A stretch of 64,000 bases of DNA from Rhodobacterales bacterium (GCA_031378845.1 JANNES010000016.1:51616-115615); one strand, 5' to 3'; shown: positions 1 to 15,090, counted from the first letter of the stretch. Numbers and translations are program-made. The notes: generated by a model from the sequence alone, not told the origin.

Positions 1-130
1 GGCGAAAAACTCATCCGCCGGTGGGCATGACGAACACCCTTGTGAGGTGTAGAGTTCCACCACCACGACGGGCGTGCCGGTCTGCGCCGTAACCGGATTT
101 ACGCAGCCAATCGCTATCCACAGCCCGCAT
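1..130 (-). CDS. DUF1223-family protein, N-terminal fragment (gene runs off the window start)
   Basis: Hand translation of the minus strand from ATG at 130-128 gives MRAVDSDWLRKSGYGAQTGTPVVVVELYTSQGCSSCPPADEFFA. The TSQGCSSCPPAD motif is typical of DUF1223. The ORF is below the ORF-track size cut-off. Confidence 0.55.
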
Positions 131-282
131 GCGGCGCTGAACACTTGACGTATCATTTACTTTGTTTCCCCAAAGTCGCTGCAAAATTCATACGAAATGG
201 TGCCGCACGATACCAATCAAGGTTTAGAGAGCCGGATAACGAAAGAGGCACAATTTGGTGTAATACTTGCAAAAAATCCATC

Positions 283-311
283 TGGCAAAGGATCGCGCAT
301 TTTGGTATACT
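283..311 (+). promoter_or_regulatory. Candidate sigma70-type promoter for acnA (-35 TGGCAA, 17-nt spacer, TG-extended -10 TATACT)
   Basis: Read in the AT-rich 131-398 divergent intergenic region. Position is ~90 nt upstream of the acnA ATG. Confidence 0.3.
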
Positions 312-398
312 ATTGCATGCATTCTTTGCGGATGCGTATATGGTCGTCTGGCAGCGTCATGCCGATGACGATCCTTCACCATAGCCAAGGGGCAAGCA

Positions 399-3095
<2,697 letters not shown>

Positions 3096-3130
3096 TCGTT
3101 TCAAGATAAGAAACCGATTGTTTCTGATGC

Positions 3131-3160
3131 AAAGGTCCGGGGCAGCTCGGGCCTTTTGCC
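3131..3160 (+). terminator. Candidate intrinsic terminator after acnA
   Basis: Imperfect hairpin aaaggtccg / cgggccttt with loop gggcagct, followed by ttg. It starts 36 nt after the acnA stop. Confidence 0.4.
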
Positions 3161-3215
3161 GTCGTTAACGATGTTGGCGCAAGGTCGGGGCATCCCGTTC
3201 TCGAAAGGTCCCCCC

Positions 3216-3338
3216 ATGTATGCCAGCTACGCCCTGCCCGCGAAGTACCGCACCCTGTCCCTGTCGCGCATCCCTCTGCCGATGGGCGAGGTGTTGGTGC
3301 TGATGGTGGTTGTGATGATCGTGATGGTGGGCGGGTGA
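3216..3338 (+). CDS. Candidate 40-aa small membrane peptide (MYASYALPAKYRTLSLSRIPLPMGEVLVLMVVVMIVMVGG)
   Basis: Internal ATG of ORF 3156..3338 preceded by GAAAGG 7 nt upstream. Third codon positions are host-like (GC-rich). The C-terminal stretch is hydrophobic. Confidence 0.3.
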   Translation: MYASYALPAKYRTLSLSRIPLPMGEVLVLMVVVMIVMVGG

Positions 3339-3393
3339 AAAACGAATGCCGCCCCAGTCGGAGCGGCCTAGCTCTTTAAAAGCGTCCTTGCCC

Positions 3394-3795
3394 CTACAAG
3401 TTCTTCAACGCGTTCCTCAAAGTCGGAATGCTAACTGCGAAGTGGCGCGCCAGTTTTTCGTGGTCATTTCCGAAGAGCGACCGAGCAGCCTCCAGCGCGC
3501 CATCACCGAATACGAGGCCTTCAACAAACTCATTAACTTCGCGTTCCTCTTCAAGCTCATCCTCCAAGTAAAAGTGCGACCCGCCCGCGCGGTGCTGAAC
3601 TGAAAACGGGTCTTTGCGATGATGAAGAAGGGCGTGCATAAGTTCATGCAGCACCGTCCATCGCCTTGCGCAAACATCGTCGGCTTCATTCACTTCAATT
3701 CGGTAGCCAGAGTCTGAAAACGTGTCATGAACCAGACGACCGCGTTCCGACTTTCGCATCGGGACAAGGTTCACGTCAAATCCAAGGCGACGCAC
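3394..3795 (-). CDS. ImmA/IrrE-family (DUF955) zinc metallopeptidase domain protein, possibly a decaying gene
   Basis: 133-aa ORF with HELMH (HExxH) and a C-terminal LARHFAVSIPTLRNAL helix typical of ImmA/IrrE. GC is clearly lower than in the neighbours. A 40-codon in-frame ORF lies directly upstream, separated only by TAA at 3799-3801. Confidence 0.6.
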   Translation of the reverse strand: MRRLGFDVNLVPMRKSERGRLVHDTFSDSGYRIEVNEADDVCARRWTVLHELMHALLHHRKDPFSVQHRAGGSHFYLEDELEEEREVNEFVEGLVFGDGALEAARSLFGNDHEKLARHFAVSIPTLRNALKNL

Positions 3796-3935
3796 CAGTT
3801 ACAAGACAGATGGAGTTACGCCAGACCCCATCATTCCAAGATTGAAGTTGCGCAATTCGTGGCGAACATCGCCATTTGCTGCAAGGCGCGAAAACAAGTT
3901 TCTGATTGATTTGATTGCCATTTTCCATATCTTCC

Positions 3936-6900
3936 TCAGCTACAGCCGCTCGTCCCGCCGCAGGTATTGCACTTCATGCAGGTGCCGTTCCGGACCAGTG
4001 TGTAATTTCCGCACTCGCCGCAGGGATCGCCTTCATAGCCTTGCATCTTGGCCTTGACGCGGACGTCCATCGTCACGGTTCCTGTCGCCAGCGCCGTCAC
4101 CGACCGCACCGAGGATGACCCGCCGTCGGGTAACAGCATACTCAGCGCCATCGCAGCATCCGTGCCGGTGGCAAGCGCGGTTGCATCCATGCGCTCGGCC
4201 ATCCCCCCCTGCAAAACGACCAGATCGTTCGGCAGACGCTTACGCAAGTACCCGGTCGAGCTGATGCTTTTCAGCATTTCGATGCTCTTGGACGCCGCCG
4301 ATTCCGAAACCTCGCCGATGTTCAGCTTGCCCTCTTCGACACCGCGACCAAGATCGTCGAACGCCGTGCCACCCGGTTTGACATGCGCCAGATCGGTGCG
4401 GTCGAGGTACGACACGGCGAGTTCGCGAAAGATGTAGTCCAGGATCGAGGTCGCGTTCTTGATGCTGTCATTGCCCTGCACCATCCCGGCAGGCTCGAAC
4501 CGGGTAAAGGTAAAGGCCTCGACGAACTCTTCCAGCGGCACCCCGTATTGCAGACCGACCGACACCGCGATGGCGAAGTTGTTCATCATGGCGCGGAAAC
4601 CCGCACCTTCCTTGTGCATGTCGATAAAAATCTCACCAAGGGAGCCGTCGCCATATTCGCCGGTGCGCAGGTAGACCTTGTGCCCGCCGACGATGGCCTT
4701 TTGGGTATAGCCCTTGCGCCGCTCGGGCAGCTTTTCGCGGTTGGAGCGCACGATTTCCTTGATGATGATCCGCTCGACGATCTTTTCGGCCAACACGGCG
4801 GCTTTTTCCTGCTGCGAGCCGTTGGCGAGAACCTCTTCGGCCTCCTCGTCGTCCTCGACCAGCGCAGACGCCAAAGGCTGGCTCAGTTTGGACCCGTCGC
4901 GGTACAGCGCATTGGCCTTGATGCCCAGCGACCACGACAGCTCATACGCGGCCAGCGTCTCGGCAATCGTCGCATTGTTCGGCATGTTGATGGTCTTGGA
5001 AATCGCGCCCGAGATGAACGACTGCGCTGCGGCCATCATGTGGATATGGCTGTCCACGCTCAGGAACCGCTTGCCGGTCTTGCCACAGGGATTGGCGCAG
5101 TCGAACACCGAATAATGCTCGGTCTTCAGGAACGGCGCGCCTTCGAGCGTCATCGTGCCGCACACATGGTCATTGGCGGCGTCGATCTGCGCCTTGGTGA
5201 AGCCGAGATGGCGCAGAAGGTCAAACGTCGGATCCGCCAGCTTTTCGTCCGGGATGCCCAGCGTGCCCTTGCAGAAGTCGACGCCAAGCGTCCACTGGTT
5301 GAACACGAACCGGATGTCGAAGGCCGACGGCAGCGCCGCCTCGACCTTTTCGATCTCGCGCGGGCCAAACCCGTGCCCGATCAGCGAGGTGTGGTTGATC
5401 GCAGGCGCCTGGCCCATCGAGCCGTGACCCACCGCATAGGCGACGATTTCAGCGGCCTGGCTGGTGGAATAGCCCAACTTTTCCAGCGCCGCCGGGACCG
5501 ACTGGTTGATGATCTTGAAATAACCACCCCCCGCCAGCTTCTTGAACTTGACCAGCGCAAAGTCCGGCTCGATCCCGGTCGTGTCGCAATCCATGACAAG
5601 GCCGATGGTGCCGGTGGGCGCGATCACGGTGGTTTGCGCGTTGCGGTAGCCATGCGCCTCGCCCAGGGCCAGCGCCTCGTCCCAAGCGGATTTTGCAAGG
5701 GAAACAAGTGTTTGATCGGGGCAGTTCACCTGATCCAAAGCAACCGGATTGACGTTCAACGCTTCATATATCGTCGTCCCATAGACAGCCGCGCGGTGAT
5801 TGCGAATGACACGCAGCATATGGTCGCTGTTGCGGGCGTAACCTGAAAATGCGCCCAGTTCTCGCGCCATCTCGGCCGACGTGGCGTAGGACACACCCGT
5901 CATCAGCGCCGTCAGCGCGCCGCACATTGCGCGGCCTTTGACCGAGTCGTAGCCCAAGCCCATATTCATCAAAAGCCCGCCGATATTGGCGTAGCCGAGG
6001 CCCAGGGTCCGGAAATCATACGACAATTGCGCGATTTCCTTGGACGGGAACTGCGCCATCATCACGCTGATTTCCAAGGTGACGGTCCAAAGGCGGGTCG
6101 CGTGCACATAGGCCTCGGCGTCAAACTTGCCGTTCGCAAAGAACGTGAGCAGGTTCATCGAGGCAAGGTTACAGGCGGTGTCGTCGAGGAACATGTATTC
6201 CGAACAGGGGTTCGAGCCCCGGATCGCGCCATCCGCCGGGCAGGTATGCCACGCGTTGACGGTGTCATTAAACTGGATGCCCGGATCGGCACACGCCCAG
6301 GCGGCGTGGCCGACCTGATCCCAAAGATCACGCGCCTTGATCGTCTTGGCGGTCTTGCCATCGGTGCGGCGGATCAGTGCCCAGTCGGCGTCGTCCTTGA
6401 CCGCCTGCAAGAAGGCATCCGTCACGCGGACCGAGTTGTTGGAGTTCTGACCCGAGACCGATATATACGCCTCGGAATCCCAATCCACGTCATAGGTCGG
6501 AAACTCGATCGAGGTGAAGACTTGCCGCGCGTATTGCAAGATCCGGTTGGTATAGGTGTCGGGGATCATGGACTTTTTCGCCGCCTTGATCGCGGCTTTG
6601 AGGCCTGTGTTCCTGGCAGGGTCCGTGGCGTCGGCCATCGCGCCGTCCCAGGCCTTGATCGCGGCAAAGATGTCGTTCAGCCGGACTTCATGGATTTTCG
6701 ATCCCGCCACAAGGCTCGCGACTTTCTGTTCCTCGATGACCTTCCAGTTGACGAACGCCTCCACATCGGGGTGATCCATGTCGCAGATCACCATTTTGGC
6801 GGCGCGGCGCGTGGTACCACCGGACTTGATCGCGCCCGCTGCCCGGTCGCCGATCTTGAGGAACCCCATCAGGCCCGAGGATTTGCCGCCGCCCGACAGC

Positions 6901-7631
6901 TTTTCGCCCTCACCGCGCAGGCTGGAAAAGTTGGTGCCCGTGCCTGAGCCATACTTGAACAGCCGCGCCTCACGGACCCACAGATCCATGATGCCGCCAT
7001 CGCCCACAAGGTCATCCTTGACCGACTGGATAAAGCAGGCATGCGGCTGTGGGTGTTCGTAGGCCGAGGACGATTTCGTCAGCTCGCCCGACTGGTAGTC
7101 GACATAGTAGTGCCCCTGCGACGGGCCATCGATCCCGTACGCCCAATGCAGGCCGGTATTGAACCACTGGGGCGAGTTCGGCGCGGCCATCTGGCGCGCC
7201 AGCATAAAGCGCATCTCGTCATAATAGGCGCGGGCATCGGATTCGGTGGTGAAATAGCCGCCCTTCCAGCCCCAATAGGCCCACGCACCCGCAAGACGGT
7301 CGAAAACCTGCTTGGCAGAGGTCTCACCGACGATCCGGTCTTCAGGCGCAAGCTTGGCCAGCGCATTCTCGTCGGGGATGGCGCGCCAAAGAAACTCCGG
7401 CATACCCTTTTCGCGAACCTTTTTCAGACGCGCAGGGATCCCGGCCTTGCGGAAATACTTTTGTGCCAGCACGTCGCTGGCGACCTGGCTCCAGCCTGCG
7501 GGAACCTCGACGGCGTCGTTGCGAAACACGACCGTGCCGTCAGGATTGCGGATTTCGGAAATCGTGGTGGTGAACTCCATCGTGCCGTACGCGCCGGTGG
7601 ATTCTGCCGTAAACTTGCGCTCGATCTTCAT
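3936..7631 (-). CDS. nrdJ: Class II (adenosylcobalamin-dependent) ribonucleotide reductase
   Basis: ORF 3936..7700. I prefer the start at MKIERKF (ATG 7631), which is preceded by GGAAAAAGGA. It is a long NrdJ-type sequence ([14 protein letters not shown]) with a C-terminal Cys-rich tail ([22 protein letters not shown]). Confidence 0.93.
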   Translation of the reverse strand: MKIERKFTAESTGAYGTMEFTTTISEIRNPDGTVVFRNDAVEVPAGWSQVASDVLAQKYFRKAGIPARLKKVREKGMPEFLWRAIPDENALAKLAPEDRIVGETSAKQVFDRLAGAWAYWGWKGGYFTTESDARAYYDEMRFMLARQMAAPNSPQWFNTGLHWAYGIDGPSQGHYYVDYQSGELTKSSSAYEHPQPHACFIQSVKDDLVGDGGIMDLWVREARLFKYGSGTGTNFSSLRGEGEKLSGGGKSSGLMGFLKIGDRAAGAIKSGGTTRRAAKMVICDMDHPDVEAFVNWKVIEEQKVASLVAGSKIHEVRLNDIFAAIKAWDGAMADATDPARNTGLKAAIKAAKKSMIPDTYTNRILQYARQVFTSIEFPTYDVDWDSEAYISVSGQNSNNSVRVTDAFLQAVKDDADWALIRRTDGKTAKTIKARDLWDQVGHAAWACADPGIQFNDTVNAWHTCPADGAIRGSNPCSEYMFLDDTACNLASMNLLTFFANGKFDAEAYVHATRLWTVTLEISVMMAQFPSKEIAQLSYDFRTLGLGYANIGGLLMNMGLGYDSVKGRAMCGALTALMTGVSYATSAEMARELGAFSGYARNSDHMLRVIRNHRAAVYGTTIYEALNVNPVALDQVNCPDQTLVSLAKSAWDEALALGEAHGYRNAQTTVIAPTGTIGLVMDCDTTGIEPDFALVKFKKLAGGGYFKIINQSVPAALEKLGYSTSQAAEIVAYAVGHGSMGQAPAINHTSLIGHGFGPREIEKVEAALPSAFDIRFVFNQWTLGVDFCKGTLGIPDEKLADPTFDLLRHLGFTKAQIDAANDHVCGTMTLEGAPFLKTEHYSVFDCANPCGKTGKRFLSVDSHIHMMAAAQSFISGAISKTINMPNNATIAETLAAYELSWSLGIKANALYRDGSKLSQPLASALVEDDEEAEEVLANGSQQEKAAVLAEKIVERIIIKEIVRSNREKLPERRKGYTQKAIVGGHKVYLRTGEYGDGSLGEIFIDMHKEGAGFRAMMNNFAIAVSVGLQYGVPLEEFVEAFTFTRFEPAGMVQGNDSIKNATSILDYIFRELAVSYLDRTDLAHVKPGGTAFDDLGRGVEEGKLNIGEVSESAASKSIEMLKSISSTGYLRKRLPNDLVVLQGGMAERMDATALATGTDAAMALSMLLPDGGSSSVRSVTALATGTVTMDVRVKAKMQGYEGDPCGECGNYTLVRNGTCMKCNTCGGTSGCS

Positions 7632-7826
7632 CTGCCCCTGTCCTTTTTCCCTTGCCAGCCACGGCTTTGTGCCGCGGTCTGGAGTATTGTCGCCACACAA
7701 TTCACAACGAGGACAGCGACTTGCGCCCTGCCCGTTGAGCCGGGCAGAGCCACGATGCCGTGACCGGCATTTTGATGTATTCGCCTGTCTCCTGCCGGCC
7801 CCGCCTCTTTTTACATCTAGACGCTG

Positions 7827-7842
7827 TGACTACATCTGGTGT
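7827..7842 (-). promoter_or_regulatory. Single candidate NrdR-box-like 16-mer (plus strand TGACTACATCTGGTGT) in the nrdJ upstream region
   Basis: By my count it matches 11 of 16 positions of the remembered NrdR palindrome ACACTATATATAGTGT. I found no properly spaced second box. Confidence 0.2.
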
Positions 7843-8050
7843 TTCGGCGGACAACTTCATCAAACTGTCGTATATTTTGGGTTCAATCAAACTGTATTTT
7901 CGCGATTGAACCGATTTTCTCGCTTGACGTTGCCGACAAAGCGCGTCGCGCAAGCATGAACAAAACGCCGCGCGCTCTGGCGCACCGATGTTGGTCGCAC
8001 GCCTGTCAAAGCTAAATTGCCAACTGCCGTCTGCTGTTGCGGGCGCAGGC

Positions 8051-8974
8051 TCAAAGCTTGTCAGAAGCCTCGGCCTGCGCGGGCGACGATTCCCGTGCCG
8101 GTCGATTGACCAGCACGATGCCGATCCCGACCAGAGTTGCGCCCGCCGCGAGCAATGGCGAGACTGATTCTTGAAAGAACACAGCACCGATCGCGAGCGA
8201 GAAAACAGGCGTCAGAAAAGAGAAACTGGCGACCGTGGAGGCAGGATAGACCGAAAACAGCCAGAGCCATGTGATGAACCCGCCGGTCACCACCAGCGAC
8301 GCCTGCACCACCAGCCAAAAGATGTGGACAGCTTGAAGGTCGCGGATCAAGGGCCCGAAAAGCGGGGCCGCAAGCAGCAAAACCGGCGCCGATACCAGCA
8401 CCATCCAAAACTGCTGCATCTCGGGGCCCTCGGCCCGCATTACCGGACTGCGCGCCAAAAACGCGGTCGCCGCCCAACCAAAGGCCGCACCCAGCGCACA
8501 CAGATCCCCCGCGACACTGCCTGGACCACCGCCAAGGCCGGTGAGGATGGCCAGCGCCGTCCCCGCGAAGGCCAGCAGCAGACCTGCCCCTTTCAGAAGT
8601 GTTATGCGTTCATCCGGCAGCCCGAAATGTGCCATCAGCGCGAACCAGATCGGCATGGAGTAAAAGATCACCGCCGCCTTGCCCACGGTCGTCAGATCGA
8701 TGGCAAGAAACAACAACATGAACTCGCCCGCAAAGGCCGCGCCCATCAGCAGCCCAATGGGGACGGATTCGCGGCGCAGCCGTGCAGGACGGCCGCGAAA
8801 CCACAACCAGCCACCGATGAAAAACACGGCCAGTGCCGACCGCAGGCCCGCAAAGAAAACCGGTTGGAGGCCCGCGTTCACGACTTTGATGATGACCTGA
8901 TTCACCGCAAACAAAAGCGTCACGCCCAAAAGCAGGGCAAGGCCCGTCCCATCAAGACTGTTCTTTCGCACCAT
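8051..8974 (-). CDS. DMT-superfamily (EamA-like) transporter
   Basis: ORF 8051..9166. The plausible start is MVRKNSLDG (ATG 8974). The rest is polytopic and hydrophobic with a two-EamA-repeat appearance. Confidence 0.8.
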   Translation of the reverse strand: MVRKNSLDGTGLALLLGVTLLFAVNQVIIKVVNAGLQPVFFAGLRSALAVFFIGGWLWFRGRPARLRRESVPIGLLMGAAFAGEFMLLFLAIDLTTVGKAAVIFYSMPIWFALMAHFGLPDERITLLKGAGLLLAFAGTALAILTGLGGGPGSVAGDLCALGAAFGWAATAFLARSPVMRAEGPEMQQFWMVLVSAPVLLLAAPLFGPLIRDLQAVHIFWLVVQASLVVTGGFITWLWLFSVYPASTVASFSFLTPVFSLAIGAVFFQESVSPLLAAGATLVGIGIVLVNRPARESSPAQAEASDKL

Positions 8975-9114
8975 TGCCGCCTCGCCTTGATGTCGCCATG
9001 GGCGCGCCTGTCCAGAGCCACGCCGCACGTATGGCCTTTTGTATTGACCGGTCTCAAAGGGCACGCAAGGGTGATCGCCTCGGCGTGCGCCGTGTATTTT
9101 GGCAGGGGTATGGC

Positions 9115-10071
9115 ATGAGTCTGGCAGGAACGCTGTTGAAAGTCGCAATCGGGGTCGCCTTGGCAAAGGGCGTCAGCACTTTGGCAAAGAAGAGTACTGG
9201 CAGCGCCACCGCAGCCGAACCGGGGCGCGGCACGCCTTATGGTGGCAACCAGACGTCAGGGCTTGAAAACGTCTTTCAGGATGCACTTGGCAAAGGCAGC
9301 ACGCGGCAGAAGCAAGATAACAACTCGGCGGCGTCGGGCGGCAGTTTGGACGATCTGCTGGGCAATCTCGGTGGAAATGCGCCTCGACCAAAGACTACGA
9401 CAACACGAAGCGCCGCCCCTCAGGGTGGGCTTGAGGAGATTCTTGGCGGCCTTTTGGGTGGCAAGACCTCCAGCGGACCAGCCACCGAGGGCGGGTCGGC
9501 AAGTGGTGGCCTTGGGGATCTGCTTGGCGCGCTTTTGGGCGCAAAACCGCAAGGCGACGCGCCGACGGGCGGCGTTCGAAATACGCCGGGGTCGACATCC
9601 GGCGGCAGCATCGAAGATCTGCTGGGAACGGTCTTTGGTGGCGCCAAGGGCAGCGTTGCTGGCGACGCGATGGCGCAGGGGCGCGAAAAAGGCCCGATGC
9701 GCAGATCGGGTCGCGAGGATGATCTGGCGGCAGCCCTGATCTTGCGCGCAATGGTCCAGGCCGCCAAAAGTGACGGCGATCTGGATGAGGCGGAAAAGCG
9801 AAAACTGTTGGAAAACCTCGGCGAGGCCAACAAGGAAGAGGTCGCGTTTGTCCAGGCGGAACTCAAGCGCGCCGTCGACATTGACGGGCTGGCGCGTCAG
9901 GTTCCGGCCGGCATGGAGCAACAAGTCTATGCCATGTCGCTGTTGGCCATCAACCTCGACAACCAGACCGAGGCGCAATACCTGCTCAACCTTGCCACTT
10001 CGCTTGAACTTGGCAAGGACGAGGTCAACGCGTTACACGACCGGGCCGGGGCTGTGCGCATCTATCGCTGA
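9115..10071 (+). CDS. DUF533 / TerB-like (tellurite-resistance TerB family) protein
   Basis: Start chosen at MSLAGTLLKV (ATG 9115). It has an N-terminal hydrophobic helix, a Gly/Ser-rich linker with GGLGDLLGALLG repeats, and a C-terminal TerB-like block (AMVQAAKSDGDLDEAEKRKL...). Confidence 0.7.
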   Translation: MSLAGTLLKVAIGVALAKGVSTLAKKSTGSATAAEPGRGTPYGGNQTSGLENVFQDALGKGSTRQKQDNNSAASGGSLDDLLGNLGGNAPRPKTTTTRSAAPQGGLEEILGGLLGGKTSSGPATEGGSASGGLGDLLGALLGAKPQGDAPTGGVRNTPGSTSGGSIEDLLGTVFGGAKGSVAGDAMAQGREKGPMRRSGREDDLAAALILRAMVQAAKSDGDLDEAEKRKLLENLGEANKEEVAFVQAELKRAVDIDGLARQVPAGMEQQVYAMSLLAINLDNQTEAQYLLNLATSLELGKDEVNALHDRAGAVRIYR

Positions 10072-10248
10072 GCTGCCACTGCACAGAAACGCCGAGAGAC
10101 TGGCTTTCCCGGCGCAGACGCTGTATCGCACCGCGACCAGACGACGGATCGCGAGTCAAATTCGGCGGCTTGGCTCAGGACGCCAAAACATGGCGCCACA
10201 GCATCGATCAGCGGGCGAACATCGCCGCCCCAAGAAAGACCATGTCGT

Positions 10249-12455
<2,207 letters not shown>

Positions 12456-12473
12456 GACGCGAGACTCTGGGTT

Positions 12474-12498
12474 AACACGCTGGTTTTGCGTGTTTTCC
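12474..12498 (+). terminator. Candidate intrinsic terminator after eno
   Basis: AACACGC / GCGTGTT 7-bp stem with loop tggtttt, followed by TT(CC). Confidence 0.45.
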
Positions 12499-12590
12499 GG
12501 CGTATGATATCTGTCGAACAAGTGTCGGACATAAGTCGGACACGTGTGCTGACACGCGTAGCCCGCACGCCGCGATAACGCCCCGCGCAG

Positions 12591-13655
12591 TCAGGCGAAA
12601 CGGTCGGGGCGATAGGGGGACAGCCACGGGCTTGGCCCCTGCCCCATGACCTCGGCGGCGACCAGTTCGCCCATCAGCGCGGCGAGCGTCACACCGGAAT
12701 GCATCACGGCCACCGTCAGACCGGGCGTGACCTGCCCCACCGCGGGCAGACCATCCGCGGGCATCGGGCGCGCGGCCACGGTGACAGCGGTCCAACGCAG
12801 GTCGAGATCGGGAAACAGGGCGGCAACCCGGGATATGCCTTCGTCTGCCAAAGCCCCCAGTGTGGCGACCAGCCGGTCGCTGGTGTCGGACTGGTGCGAC
12901 AGCGCGGCCGGGGTCAACAGATGCCCCTCGGCGTCCTGGCGCAGCTCGCCATCCGGGCCCACAAGGATGTGGTGGATCACGGGGGGCAGGCGTTGGGTGC
13001 GGAGCAGCACCGCAGGACGGCGCAGCATTGGAAGGTTCACGCCCAAGGGGTCAAGCAGACTTTGCGTCGCAGCACCCGTGGCAAGGATCACATGATCGGC
13101 AAAGACCGGTCCCTGCTCGGTCAGCACACCGATGACGCCCGCATCGGACACGGCAAAGCCTGTGATGCCGGTGCCCGACCAGAGTTGCGCGCCGTGATCG
13201 GCGGCGGCGGCGAGCAGTCGGGCGGTCAGTGCTGCAGGGTCCACAGCGCCCTCAGCTGCGAAATGCAGGGCACGGGCGGGGGGCGTGGCAATGCGCGGCT
13301 CCAGCGCGCGAAACGCGGGCCGGGCAATTTCGCGCACGGGATAAGCCAGGTCACGCAACGACACGGCCATGGCGTCAAACGCGGCACCCGTTTCCTCCCA
13401 CCAAAGTGTGCCGGACCATTGCACATTGTCGGTGATCGCGCCGAAGCGATGATAGGCCGCAATCGCCTCGGCGCGCAGCCGGTGATGGGTCGGGTTTGCA
13501 AAGAAGCTGGCATTGATCCAGCCAAAACTCTTGCCCGAGGCCCCGGCGGCAGCGAATGCGGCCTCGATCACGGTGACGCGGGCCTGGGGCGCTAGTCTGT
13601 GGGCGATCGCGGCCCCGATGATGCCGGCGCCGACGATGAGGACATGGGGTTTCAT
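12591..13655 (-). CDS. FAD-dependent oxidoreductase (DAO family)
   Basis: 354 aa with an N-terminal Rossmann motif (VLIVGAGIIGAAIAHRLA). Confidence 0.8.
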   Translation of the reverse strand: MKPHVLIVGAGIIGAAIAHRLAPQARVTVIEAAFAAAGASGKSFGWINASFFANPTHHRLRAEAIAAYHRFGAITDNVQWSGTLWWEETGAAFDAMAVSLRDLAYPVREIARPAFRALEPRIATPPARALHFAAEGAVDPAALTARLLAAAADHGAQLWSGTGITGFAVSDAGVIGVLTEQGPVFADHVILATGAATQSLLDPLGVNLPMLRRPAVLLRTQRLPPVIHHILVGPDGELRQDAEGHLLTPAALSHQSDTSDRLVATLGALADEGISRVAALFPDLDLRWTAVTVAARPMPADGLPAVGQVTPGLTVAVMHSGVTLAALMGELVAAEVMGQGPSPWLSPYRPDRFA

Positions 13656-13719
13656 GAGGACAAGGTGCCAGATCCGGCAAGGACTGGAAAGCCTTCTGAC
13701 CCTATCTTATCTTGTCGGA

Positions 13720-14142
13720 ATGGACGCCGACGCAATCATCGCCAAGCTGGAACTGACCCCGCACCCGGAGGGCGGATGGTACCGGCAGACATGGACCGGG
13801 CCCGAGGGCGGGGGGCGTGCGTCGGGGACGGCGATCTACTTCTTGCTCAAGGCGGGCGAGCGCAGCCATTGGCATCGGGTGGATGCTGACGAGATCTGGC
13901 TTTGGCATGCGGGCGCAGCACTGATGCTGTCGCTGGGTTCGGATGACAGCTTGGCGCGTGCCGTGCGGCTGGGTCCGGACGTGCTGGCGGGCGAGGCGCC
14001 GCAGGTGGTGGTGCCAAAGGGCTGGTGGCAGGCGGCGCGTTCCGTCGGGGGCTGGACGCTGGTGAGCTGCACCGTCAGTCCGGGGTTCCGGTTCGAGGGG
14101 TTCGAGCTTGCACCGCCCGGTTTTGCAATCCCGGAGGGCTGA
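13720..14142 (+). CDS. Cupin-fold protein (DUF985 family)
   Basis: Start at MDADAIIAKLELTPHPEGGWYRQTW (ATG 13720). The HPEGG(W/Y)Y...HR...EIW..H pattern is typical of DUF985 cupins. Confidence 0.75.
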   Translation: MDADAIIAKLELTPHPEGGWYRQTWTGPEGGGRASGTAIYFLLKAGERSHWHRVDADEIWLWHAGAALMLSLGSDDSLARAVRLGPDVLAGEAPQVVVPKGWWQAARSVGGWTLVSCTVSPGFRFEGFELAPPGFAIPEG

Positions 14143-14146
14143 AGCA

Positions 14147-15037
14147 ATGGACCACCGCGCCTTTGTTGCAAGCCTTGCGCCGGAGCTGCGGGCGGAGTTG
14201 ACGGCCCCATCGGACCGCGCGGGCCTGGCGCATCTGGCGGGCCATGCCGGGGCGATTGTGGCGGTGGGGGCACTGATCGCCATGGGGGTGCCGGGATGGT
14301 GGGCGCTGATCCCGGTGCAGGGCGTGCTGATCGTGTTTTTGTTCACGCTGGAGCATGAGGCCACGCACAAGACGCCCTTTGCCAATGCGGCCTTGAACGA
14401 ATGGGTGGGGCGGGTCTGCGGGTTTTTGTTGCTGCTGCCCTTTGACTGGTTCAGGTCGTTTCACCTCGCCCATCACCGCTGGACCAATATCGCGGGCAAG
14501 GACCCGGAACTGGCGGTCGGCAAGCCGGAAACGCTGCGGGCCTGGGTCTGGCACGTTTCGGGTCTGCCCTTTTGGCTGGCCGGGACGCGGCTGGTGTTCG
14601 GGCTGGCACGCGGTCGCGTCCGGGCAGACTATCTGCCCGAGGCCGCCTTACCCCGGATGGCGCGCGAGGCGCGCTGGATGCTTGCGGGATACGCGCTTGT
14701 GGCGGCCTCGTTCTGGGTGACACCGGTGTTGTTGTGGGTGTGGATCGTGCCGGTGCTGCTGGGGCAACCCGCGTTGCGGCTGTACCTTCTGGCCGAGCAT
14801 GGCGATTGCCCGAAGGTGGCCGAGATGTTTCTGAACACCCGCACGACGTTCACCAACCCGGTGATCCGGTTTCTTGCGTGGAACATGCCGTACCATACCG
14901 AGCACCATGTTTTCCCGCAGGTGCCGTTTCATCAATTACCGAATTTAAACAGTTATATGCTGGACTATCTTAAGGTGACTTCCGACGGGTATGCGGCGTT
15001 TACCATGGCCTATCTGAAGCGGCGACGCGGATTGTAA
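14147..15037 (+). CDS. Fatty acid desaturase family protein (membrane di-iron, His-box)
   Basis: His boxes HEATH, HLAHHRW and HTEHH. I prefer the start at MDHRAF (ATG 14147). Confidence 0.8.
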   Translation: MDHRAFVASLAPELRAELTAPSDRAGLAHLAGHAGAIVAVGALIAMGVPGWWALIPVQGVLIVFLFTLEHEATHKTPFANAALNEWVGRVCGFLLLLPFDWFRSFHLAHHRWTNIAGKDPELAVGKPETLRAWVWHVSGLPFWLAGTRLVFGLARGRVRADYLPEAALPRMAREARWMLAGYALVAASFWVTPVLLWVWIVPVLLGQPALRLYLLAEHGDCPKVAEMFLNTRTTFTNPVIRFLAWNMPYHTEHHVFPQVPFHQLPNLNSYMLDYLKVTSDGYAAFTMAYLKRRRGL

Positions 15038-15090
15038 GGGGCACAACTTCGCCCGTGGCGCGGCGATGCATTCGGGACTAGGCAGGTTGT

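Noticed and set aside
215-235. Irr/ICE-like iron-control half-site (GGTTTAGAGAG) upstream of acnA.
   Set aside because: Only one half of the TTTAGAA-N3-TTCTAAA-type palindrome is present, which is too weak to call.
7632-7700. N-terminally extended ORF starts given by the ORF track. Affected genes are nrdJ, the 8051 transporter, DUF533, cupin, desaturase, anmK, tyrS, pgk, fabG, fabD, tig, glnB, dddP and the arginase-family gene.
   Set aside because: In each case an internal ATG matches the conserved family N-terminus and has a better Shine-Dalgarno sequence. The extensions are Arg/Pro-rich and overlap neighbouring genes or promoters.
7632-8050. Cobalamin riboswitch upstream of the B12-dependent nrdJ.
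   Set aside because: I found no B12-box-like GCCACTG core or the surrounding conserved helices on the transcribed strand. B12 riboswitches normally repress B12-independent isozymes or transporters, not nrdJ.
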